Origin: a virus
Taxonomy: Duplodnaviria > Caudoviricetes
Virus record (IMG/VR): IMGVR_UViG_3300031519_000152
Coordinates: 1-29,138 of that record
Reading direction: 5' to 3' (one strand)
DNA length: 29,138 nucleotides
Part shown: positions 8,067 through 14,264 of the stretch, piece by piece
How the letters are laid out: the number at the start of each line of letters is the position of its first letter
Numbering within the stretch: position 1 is the first letter of the stretch
Notes under the pieces: model-generated
Told to the model about the DNA's origin: nothing
The model's input: only the letters and a program-made list of their open reading frames with translations
Database searches by the model: none
Translations under genes and position numbers: made by a program

Positions 8067-8090
8067 CTAATTGAGACTCATTATCATTAG
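8067..8090. promoter_or_regulatory. Fur-box-like site
   Basis: TGAGACT-C-ATTATCA (8072-8086) matches 12 of 14 positions of the 7-1-7 Fur consensus TGATAAT-N-ATTATCA. Confidence 0.5.
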
Positions 8091-8326
8091 ATCGCATTTG
8101 GCTCTAAAATGCACCAAATCCGAGAGATATTGAATAGTCATATATGTATTAATTAAATGCTCTGATCTAGCCACCAGCAGAGTTTCACGAGGGTGAACAT
8201 TCTTTAAAATTGCCTCATTTTATGGATCATTAAAAAAAGATGGTTTCTTATTGAGAAAACTCTTGACATCGGTAAAAAAATTCGCTTTCTTCAATACCTT
8301 AATACATGATAAAGCCCATTTCGTCA

Positions 8327-8349
8327 AATAGTTAAGTTTAATAACTATT
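8327..8349. promoter_or_regulatory. GTTAA-N5-TTAAC palindrome, site 1
   Basis: AATAGTTAAGTTTAATAACTATT (one core mismatch), just upstream of the early promoter. Confidence 0.6.
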
Positions 8350-8361
8350 CAAGAAAAGTGT

Positions 8362-8389
8362 TTGCACTCTTAAAAATTTGTTGTATCTT
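8362..8389 (+). promoter_or_regulatory. Candidate early promoter
   Basis: TTGCAC-N16-TATCTT, followed by a small GGCA-ATGA-TGCC hairpin (8398-8409) and the AAAGGA RBS of 8434. Confidence 0.45.
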
Positions 8390-8433
8390 ATCGGGTCGGC
8401 AATGATGCCCGCAGTTCAGACAAAGGAAATAAC

Positions 8434-9108
8434 ATGAAAACAGCAAGTAAAATAAAAGAAGTTGTGAAAAAGAAAGCTAGTAAGAAATCTCCAGTTAGGT
8501 TGGTTGATTTTCCTGTAGATGTAAAAAAGCCCAGTAAAGCTGTATTAACTCAATCCAAGGAAGTAACAGCCAAACAAGTAAAGGAAGTTATCGAAATGGG
8601 TTTGAATACAATGAACATCGAGAAGACCATGACCGATGTAATTGTAAGAGACTTTGATAACAGAAACGAAAATGATTCTCTTCTAACTACTGAGTTAAAT
8701 GAAATTTTTAAAACTGGTGATGAGAGAAAAGTAACAAAGGTTAAGAAATGGGTTAAAACTAGACTTCAAACACTTATCAAGAACCCACCAATACAAGAAC
8801 GTCTACTAGGTGAAAAAGTCAAAGAGCAACAAATCACCATTAAAAAAGTCACTAAGCCAATGGTGGACAATGTCGAGGGTATTTACTTAGATAATTTTAA
8901 TGAGTCTGACCTAGGGCAATTCAAAACAATTAGAATCAGTAAAGTAAAAGAGGAATTAACAATTGCCGAGGAGCTTTTAAAATGGATGAGATCAAAGAAA
9001 AGTGACGGGCTTTTCACAGGCGATAAAACACAGATGAAAGATATTGACTGTTATGACCTTGAAGCGGTTATCGCAATCGCTGAAAGCATCAAAAAGAACG
9101 GGCTCTAA
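8434..9108 (+). CDS. First early gene, hypothetical protein (224 aa)
   Basis: Long ORF with AAAGGA RBS, Lys-rich; no family recognised. Confidence 0.85.
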   Translation: MKTASKIKEVVKKKASKKSPVRLVDFPVDVKKPSKAVLTQSKEVTAKQVKEVIEMGLNTMNIEKTMTDVIVRDFDNRNENDSLLTTELNEIFKTGDERKVTKVKKWVKTRLQTLIKNPPIQERLLGEKVKEQQITIKKVTKPMVDNVEGIYLDNFNESDLGQFKTIRISKVKEELTIAEELLKWMRSKKSDGLFTGDKTQMKDIDCYDLEAVIAIAESIKKNGL

Positions 9109-9195
9109 ATCCTGCTGATGATGGGGGGTTTTCAATTGAACCCCCCGAAACAAGAAAAGTTTATTAACTTAACTTTTTTTGTCTAGGTATCAATT
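9109..9195 (+). ncRNA. Type I hammerhead ribozyme
   Basis: Stem I CCUG(9111-14)/UAGG(9184-87); core CUGAUGA(9115-21) plus one extra U; stem II GGGGGGUU/AACCCCCC; GAAA(9147-50); 12 bp stem III (9150-61/9171-82); GUC cleavage triplet at 9181-83. Confidence 0.9.
9155..9177. promoter_or_regulatory. GTTAA-N5-TTAAC palindrome, site 2 (coincides with ribozyme stem III)
   Basis: AAAAGTTTATTAACTTAACTTTT (one core mismatch). Confidence 0.55.
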
Positions 9196-9217
9196 AAATA
9201 AATAAAGGAAAAATAAA

Positions 9218-9598
9218 ATGCAATTAACAAAAAAGTTTTTAATAGCAACAGAAGATAACAAAATACTAGGAACGATAGACCTGCCAAATGGTTTTGACTT
9301 GGTGAATATTGATTCTGAAGAGTTAGAAGAAATGAGAATCCAATTTATAGAAAAGTTTTTTAATGATCTTTTTGATGATCGATCCCATGGCTATTTAGTC
9401 AAATTCGATTTTCTATTTCCTTTTTTAAAGGGAAGTGCCAGTGGAATTGGAATTTGGGATCGTGAGATAGGGGTAAATTTTAAAACCGCTCAAGCTTTCG
9501 CAAATGTTGAAATTTATGGCGATGATGGGATGATGACTTTCCATATAATAGAAATTGAGACATTAAGAAATTTAACTCAAATCAGTAACTCAATCTAA
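9218..9598 (+). CDS. Hypothetical early protein
   Basis: 126 aa, AAAGGA RBS, acidic. Confidence 0.8.
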   Translation: MQLTKKFLIATEDNKILGTIDLPNGFDLVNIDSEELEEMRIQFIEKFFNDLFDDRSHGYLVKFDFLFPFLKGSASGIGIWDREIGVNFKTAQAFANVEIYGDDGMMTFHIIEIETLRNLTQISNSI

Positions 9599-9608
9599 AG
9601 GGGACAAC

Positions 9609-9923
9609 ATGAAACAAACAGTAAATGAATACCAATTCAGAGACGCTTTTCTAGGCTCTGACACTTATAAGAATAAATTTTCATATGATGGATTAACTGC
9701 TCTTTTTGAATGGATGGAGGAATATGAAGAAAGCACAGGATCAGAATTAGACTTTGATATGATCGCCATTTGTTGTGAGTTTTCAGAGTATGAAAACTTA
9801 GAAGAGTTTAAAGAGTCTTATTCTGATGGTGAAGTAAACAGAGTTACAAGTCCCGAACAATTGGAGGACTGGACAACAGTGATCATGATTGACGATGAAT
9901 CTTTTATAATTCAGGACTTTTAA
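9609..9923 (+). CDS. Highly acidic early protein (DNA-mimic candidate)
   Basis: 104 aa, 27 D/E versus 6 K/R by manual count; FSYDGLTALFEW and DMIAICCEFSEY motifs; AAGGGGA RBS. Confidence 0.8.
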   Translation: MKQTVNEYQFRDAFLGSDTYKNKFSYDGLTALFEWMEEYEESTGSELDFDMIAICCEFSEYENLEEFKESYSDGEVNRVTSPEQLEDWTTVIMIDDESFIIQDF

Positions 9924-9945
9924 AAGATTATAAACAACCCTTAAC

Positions 9946-9972
9946 AAGCTGACTCATTTAGTCGGCTTTTTT
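9946..9972 (+). terminator. Rho-independent terminator-like hairpin
   Basis: AAGCUGACU-CAUUU-AGUCGGCUU followed by UUUU; flanking ACCC/GGGU can extend the stem, so it could also be a processing stem. Confidence 0.7.
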
Positions 9973-9996
9973 GGGTATAAATACAAAGGGAATAAA

Positions 9997-10077
9997 ATGA
10001 AATTATTTATTAAGATCATAGAAATTTATATATTTTATATTTTTACAATTAGTTTATTAATTAGAATAATTTTTTAA
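9997..10077 (+). CDS. 26 aa hydrophobic peptide
   Basis: AAAGGGA RBS then MKLFIKIIEIYIFYIFTISLLIRIIF; below the ORF track cut-off. Confidence 0.5.
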   Translation: MKLFIKIIEIYIFYIFTISLLIRIIF

Positions 10078-10078
10078 A

Positions 10079-10101
10079 AATAGTTAAGGGGCTTAACTTT
10101 T
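10079..10101. promoter_or_regulatory. GTTAA-N5-TTAAC palindrome, site 3 (covers the RBS of 10100)
   Basis: AATAGTTAAGGGGCTTAACTTTT, perfect core. Confidence 0.6.
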
Positions 10102-10564
10102 GAAATACTCAGAAATAAGAAAAGAAATTGACAAGAATTATAAGCATGATACAAATTTTTGTACTGTGGTTGCGTCCTCTGTGGCTTTTGATTTGCCATT
10201 TGAATTAGTGCATGAATTTTATTCAGAGCATGGGCGAGAATTAAGGAAGGGATTACTGCCCGACAAAACCGATGAAATGATTTTAAAACTTGCTGAAATT
10301 ACAGGTTATAAAGTGAGTTGTTTTTCACCCGACAGAAAGCACAAATATTTAACGGGGTTTTCTAGGTGGGTGAATCATAAAGGCGAAATTTTAACCCAAT
10401 TAAAGCACTCTTTAACGCCAAATAATGCCGAGGCTTACTTGCCCCTAGGTAATTACATTTTAGGCGTAAGAAGGCACGTTTTAGGCGTTGAAAATGGTAT
10501 TGTTCAAGATTGGACACAGGGCAAAAAACATAAAATTAACAGGGTTTGGAAAATAGAAATTTAA
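10100..10564 (+). CDS. Phage protein with a putative Cys-His-Asp (papain/C39-like) triad
   Basis: TTG start with AAGGGG RBS; NFCTVVASSVA...GR...G...RHVLGVENGIVQDW. Confidence 0.7.
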   Translation: MKYSEIRKEIDKNYKHDTNFCTVVASSVAFDLPFELVHEFYSEHGRELRKGLLPDKTDEMILKLAEITGYKVSCFSPDRKHKYLTGFSRWVNHKGEILTQLKHSLTPNNAEAYLPLGNYILGVRRHVLGVENGIVQDWTQGKKHKINRVWKIEI

Positions 10565-10587
10565 TTAATCAAAAAAAAGGAGAAAAT

Positions 10588-10755
10588 ATGCAAGTTTATA
10601 TTTTCAATAATAGAAATGATACTCATTATTATAAATGGTTTGATGGTGGTTTTAATGAGTGTAAAGAGTGGGTTTTAACTAATTTAGAGCCTATTGAATG
10701 GTGGGTTTATAATAGACCTAGCACTTTATATGCCGTTATAAATAGGGGGTTATAA
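10588..10755 (+). CDS. Hypothetical early protein
   Basis: Start moved to ATG 10588 behind an AAAGGAG RBS. Confidence 0.7.
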   Translation: MQVYIFNNRNDTHYYKWFDGGFNECKEWVLTNLEPIEWWVYNRPSTLYAVINRGL

Positions 10756-10956
10756 ATGAAGTTATATAATACAGATTATTTATTAAAAAATAAAGAGGGT
10801 GAATTTGAAAGGTTTGGAAGTGGAGATTATATTATATACTCTTCTGCTTGCCGAGTAGATGAGGTAATGATGGAGGGTGATTTATGGGTTAAGACAACTG
10901 ATTTAGAACCTAAAATAAAAAATGAGTTAATAAATCAATTAAAAGAAATAAAATAA
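10756..10956 (+). CDS. Hypothetical early protein
   Basis: 66 aa, AGGGGG RBS, abuts the previous stop codon. Confidence 0.75.
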   Translation: MKLYNTDYLLKNKEGEFERFGSGDYIIYSSACRVDEVMMEGDLWVKTTDLEPKIKNELINQLKEIK

Positions 10957-11002
10957 TCAATGATATATATAATATATTAAAAAATAAAAAAGGGGTTATA
11001 AA

Positions 11003-11185
11003 ATGGACAAAAATCAATGTAGATTATTAATTAAACTCACTAAAGCAAAAATAGAACAAATCACTTTAGACTTAATTGAATATAATAAAGCATGGAATAA
11101 GTGGGATGTATATACAGTTGAACAAAATGCAAAAAAAGACTTATGTATACGAACATTAGAATCTTTAGGGGAACTTGTAAAATGA
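11003..11185 (+). CDS. Hypothetical early protein
   Basis: 60 aa, AAGGGG RBS. Confidence 0.7.
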   Translation: MDKNQCRLLIKLTKAKIEQITLDLIEYNKAWNKWDVYTVEQNAKKDLCIRTLESLGELVK

Positions 11186-11409
11186 AAGCGAGAATATTAA
11201 GTAAGAAAATTACTCAACAAATTTTAAGAAATTTAAAGCATAATGGTATAAAAGTTGAAAAAGTAGATGAAGGCTTTTATAAATGTTATGATTATTATTT
11301 AGATGATAACCATGAAGTTATAAAAGAAGAGGTTTTTAGTGCTATGATTGGAAGAGATAACTATCTATGTAGATATAACCCTTTATATTTCGACAAAGAA
11401 ACTTCTTGA
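11182..11409 (+). CDS. Hypothetical early protein
   Basis: Start moved to the ATGA overlap at 11182, behind an AGGGGA RBS. Confidence 0.7.
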   Translation: MKARILSKKITQQILRNLKHNGIKVEKVDEGFYKCYDYYLDDNHEVIKEEVFSAMIGRDNYLCRYNPLYFDKETS

Positions 11410-11434
11410 CATTTATATTTAAGGGTTATAATTT
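11406..11434 (+). promoter_or_regulatory. Sigma70-like promoter
   Basis: TTGACA(11406-11)-N17-TAATTT(11429-34), upstream of an AAGGAG RBS. Confidence 0.65.
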
Positions 11435-11459
11435 AAGACTTAATAAGGAGAACAGACAC

Positions 11460-11615
11460 ATGGAATTAATACTTATATTTATATTTACCGCTTTAGTTTT
11501 TATGGTATTATATGTAAAAACAAACAGTAATATATGGCGTTATAATTACTATCAAGAAAAGAAAAATGCTGACTACTGGAGAGATACAGCATTAAAACTG
11601 CAAAAGGAGAGATAA
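11460..11615 (+). CDS. Small membrane-anchored protein
   Basis: Start moved to ATG 11460 (AAGGAG RBS); N-terminal hydrophobic helix MELILIFIFTALVFMVLYV. Confidence 0.7.
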   Translation: MELILIFIFTALVFMVLYVKTNSNIWRYNYYQEKKNADYWRDTALKLQKER

Positions 11616-11616
11616 A

Positions 11617-11829
11617 ATGAATATAGAAATAAAAGAAGAGGATATAATCGAACTTGTAATGACTAGCTGGAGGTTATTAAAAAAGATAGATCATAGCCAT
11701 ACAAATATAATGAATAATACTGATGGGCGAGGTGATCAAGACATGATCCCATATAAAGACATCGAGAAAGAGTACGATGAATTATTTAACCTAACGACTA
11801 ATTTTTTTCATAAAGGAGAGATAAAATGA
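11617..11829 (+). CDS. Hypothetical protein
   Basis: 70 aa, AAAGGAG RBS. Confidence 0.75.
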   Translation: MNIEIKEEDIIELVMTSWRLLKKIDHSHTNIMNNTDGRGDQDMIPYKDIEKEYDELFNLTTNFFHKGEIK

Positions 11830-11993
11830 AGAATAAAGTAACTAAAAAGCAATGCCTAGAGGCGATTGAATACCTATTTACAATGGGGTATACTATGGAA
11901 ATGAACAAAGATAAAAGATATTATACTGAGATACTATTGAAAAAAGTAGCTAATGATTATAATATTGTTTTAGAGGGAGTCGATGATGAGTAG
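11826..11993 (+). CDS. Hypothetical protein (55 aa)
   Basis: Below the cut-off. ATGA-coupled with AAAGGAG RBS; MKNKVTKKQCLEAIEYLFTMGYTMEMNKDKRYYTEILLKKVANDYNIVLEGVDDE. Confidence 0.7.
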   Translation: MKNKVTKKQCLEAIEYLFTMGYTMEMNKDKRYYTEILLKKVANDYNIVLEGVDDE

Positions 11994-12396
11994 AACTAAG
12001 TTAGCAATGGATGATTATTATACTGGTATATCTAACGATGATGATTATTTTTATTATCATCAAGTAGAACGGCAAGAGCGTATTAAATGCAATTACGATT
12101 CTAAAACGGCAGATGAAAGTATAAAACATTGCACTAAATGTAACAAGTGCTTTGAACGTACTTTGATGCGAAACTATCGCAAAAAAAATAAGATTGTTAT
12201 ATTTTATGATGACTTCCCAACATTCGGCAAAGAAAAAGAAACTTGCGTTGTTTGTAGTGGTGGCGAGTATCAAAAAATTATGTATGGTGATATATTTTGT
12301 TATAAAATTATTGAACCAAAGCATAAAGTATTTGGAGATGATGAGCATCAAAAAATACATAACCAGTTAAGCAAATTAACAATATTAAATAGTTAA
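11983..12396 (+). CDS. Zinc-finger-containing hypothetical protein
   Basis: CTKC...CVVC pairs; GAGGGAG RBS. Confidence 0.75.
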   Translation: MMSRTKLAMDDYYTGISNDDDYFYYHQVERQERIKCNYDSKTADESIKHCTKCNKCFERTLMRNYRKKNKIVIFYDDFPTFGKEKETCVVCSGGEYQKIMYGDIFCYKIIEPKHKVFGDDEHQKIHNQLSKLTILNS

Positions 12397-12410
12397 TAGA
12401 CTTAACTTTT
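12362..12410. promoter_or_regulatory. GTTAA-N5-TTAAC palindromes, tandem sites 4 and 5
   Basis: Perfect cores GTTAAGCAAATTAAC (12366-80) and GTTAATAGACTTAAC (12392-406), directly before the RBS of 12426. Confidence 0.65.
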
Positions 12411-12425
12411 AAAAAGGAGAAGTAA

Positions 12426-12707
12426 ATGAGTAAAAAAATAAATATAGAAAAAGACGCTGAATACTTTAGGGATTTAGTTTTTGACCTATTCGATAAATTT
12501 TTAAGTAAATTTGGGAAAAAAGATATGGTTAAAGCTCAAGAAGTATTAATACCAGTTGTCTTGCATACAATATTAGCTGACAACTTTTGTCATTTTTATA
12601 ATACAGACGATGAATCTATAGATGATTATCTTAAAATGATAAAAGAAATGGTGCTAGAATGTAAGAAAATGCAGTACGATCAAGATACTATTCACGCTCA
12701 CGCTTAA
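12426..12707 (+). CDS. Hypothetical protein
   Basis: 93 aa, AAAGGAG RBS. Confidence 0.8.
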   Translation: MSKKINIEKDAEYFRDLVFDLFDKFLSKFGKKDMVKAQEVLIPVVLHTILADNFCHFYNTDDESIDDYLKMIKEMVLECKKMQYDQDTIHAHA

Positions 12708-12720
12708 AAAGGAGAAGTAA

Positions 12721-13023
12721 ATGAGTTACTATAATACAACCAGTATAAAAGGAGATGCCTTAAAAACATCTCGATCTAATGCAATTAGTCAAGAAGCTTT
12801 GATTTACGGGTTCTTCTTAGACTATAAAAAGCCCTTGAGTCCTTCAATGATTCTTGTTAAATTAAACCTCAGATGCCCTATAACGTCTATTAGGAGAGCA
12901 GTTACAAATCTTACTTTAGATAATAAGATTATAAAAACTGATAAAACTACTAGAGGGTTATATGGGAAACCCGAGCATCTCTGGAAGGTCAAAACAGATG
13001 CTGACGACCTAAGAGGTTTATAA
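12721..13023 (+). CDS. Winged-helix DNA-binding protein (putative)
   Basis: PLSPSMI...PITSIRRAVTNLTLDNKIIKT...GLYGKPEHLW fits a wHTH pattern; AAAGGAG RBS. Confidence 0.65.
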   Translation: MSYYNTTSIKGDALKTSRSNAISQEALIYGFFLDYKKPLSPSMILVKLNLRCPITSIRRAVTNLTLDNKIIKTDKTTRGLYGKPEHLWKVKTDADDLRGL

Positions 13024-13163
13024 TGCCATATCCAATGAAGAAGAAAAAAAAGAAAGATTGGTTTGATACTCATGTTGAAATTATAGGATTAGATGAGAAA
13101 ACCAATAAATTAGTTAAAGAAAAAATAAAGGCTAAATTCCATGTTGAGACTAAACAAAGTTGA
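13023..13163 (+). CDS. Small basic hypothetical protein (46 aa)
   Basis: TAATG-coupled with GAGG RBS; MPYPMKKKKKKDWFDTHVEIIGLDEKTNKLVKEKIKAKFHVETKQS. Confidence 0.55.
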   Translation: MPYPMKKKKKKDWFDTHVEIIGLDEKTNKLVKEKIKAKFHVETKQS

Positions 13164-13359
13164 TAACTCAGAAAAAAGCAAGGTTAAAAAACATTGTGCT
13201 AATTATGATGCAGGGTTTAAATGTATAGGTGTTATAATTAGTAACAAACTTCAACAAAGAGTTGATTCAGAGTTACAAAACAAGCCTTGTTTAATTGCGA
13301 ATGGAGAGAAATGTAATTATTATAATAAATGCGTAAAACCTATTGCAGATAGCTTATAA
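13141..13359 (+). CDS. Cys-rich hypothetical protein
   Basis: 72 aa with five Cys (HCANY, KC, PC, KCNYYNKCV). Confidence 0.65.
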   Translation: MLRLNKVDNSEKSKVKKHCANYDAGFKCIGVIISNKLQQRVDSELQNKPCLIANGEKCNYYNKCVKPIADSL

Positions 13360-13371
13360 TTGTATTATCTT
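13343..13371 (+). promoter_or_regulatory. Sigma70-like promoter of the replication module
   Basis: TTGCAG(13343-48)-N17-TATCTT(13366-71). Confidence 0.5.
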
Positions 13372-13400
13372 CTAATGCCTCAAAAGGATAAAATATTAAC

Positions 13401-13444
13401 AAGTGGATTCATAGGGGGGTTATTTCCTTTTCTCCCCTCCACTT
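13401..13444 (+). ncRNA. Leader hairpin displaying an anti-Shine-Dalgarno loop
   Basis: AAGUGGA/UCCACUU plus GGGGGG/CUCCCC stems with loop UUAUUUCCUUUU; 13419-30 is the exact reverse complement of 8422-33. Confidence 0.55.
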
Positions 13445-13460
13445 ATAAAGGAGAACAGTA

Positions 13461-14264
13461 ATGAAATTTGGATACTTCGGGTACATCCCATCTTATATTA
13501 GGCACAATACAGATTTGTTGCCTATGGTAAAATTAATTTATGCAGAGATTACAGCAACCATGGAGCAGGATGGTTATTGCAAGAAAAATAATTCATACTT
13601 TATGAAAGTTTTAGGCATCTCAAGGACTACAATATCAAGGGCAATTACAACCCTAAGAGAATCTAATTTAATATATATAGTTATCGAACAAGAGAAAACA
13701 ACCAATAGATTTATAAATAGGTTTATAACTCTTACCCTACCCCATGTACGGGTGGGGGTTAACAATCAGATTGATATACCCCATGCTCTTGTGCGACAGG
13801 GGGGTAATGAGGTAGAGGGCGATGTAGTGCCTAATTCATCTGATGAAGGTGAGCAGACAAGAGGTACATTATTATATAATAATAATGATATAAGATATAT
13901 ATATAGTGATCGTGTAGGCACTATTGAATGTAATAAATCAATCAATGAAAATCAGTTAGTATATTTGAAAAGAATTGTTTTAGATTTCTATACTACCCAA
14001 AATAAAAACTTTCCCGAAATTGTTAAATCAGATTGGCACAAAGATAAAAATCTAACCAATGATAGTATTAATGTTTTGTACGATTTAATGACCATAGATA
14101 AGTGGGATGAGGGTAAGGTAAGGAATGTTATAAATTGGATCGTTAAGGATAGTTTTTGGGCTTCTAGGTGCTATTCCTTACGAGTGCTTAGAGGTAAAGC
14201 ATCCAATGGTCAAAGAAGGTTTACAAATATGTATGCAAGTTACATTGATAAAGGGGGTAAGTAA
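13461..14264 (+). CDS. Replication initiator / replisome organiser (N-terminal wHTH)
   Basis: YIPSYIRHNTDL...KLIYAEI...GYC..NNSYF...LGISRTTISRAITTL is typical of phage replication-protein HTH N-termini; low-complexity linker; upstream of the helicase. Confidence 0.8.
   Translation: MKFGYFGYIPSYIRHNTDLLPMVKLIYAEITATMEQDGYCKKNNSYFMKVLGISRTTISRAITTLRESNLIYIVIEQEKTTNRFINRFITLTLPHVRVGVNNQIDIPHALVRQGGNEVEGDVVPNSSDEGEQTRGTLLYNNNDIRYIYSDRVGTIECNKSINENQLVYLKRIVLDFYTTQNKNFPEIVKSDWHKDKNLTNDSINVLYDLMTIDKWDEGKVRNVINWIVKDSFWASRCYSLRVLRGKASNGQRRFTNMYASYIDKGGK
13738..13905 (+). other. Putative replication origin inside the initiator gene (cassette copy B)
   Basis: TACCCCATG at 13738 and 13777, related inverted copies ending at 13806, 13814 and 13866, then an AT tract at 13868-13905; lambda O-type layout. 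Confidence 0.6.

Noticed and set aside
8264-8292. TTGACA upstream of the early region
   Set aside because: No TANNNT -10 box at 16-18 bp spacing.
8331-8345. Dispersed palindrome read as a CtrA or PmrA box
   Set aside because: Those boxes have TTAA-N7-TTAA spacing; here it is consistently N5.
9123-9146. G6/C6 hairpin read as a simple terminator
   Set aside because: No U-tract follows it; it is flanked by CUGAUGA and GAAA and is better explained as hammerhead stem II.
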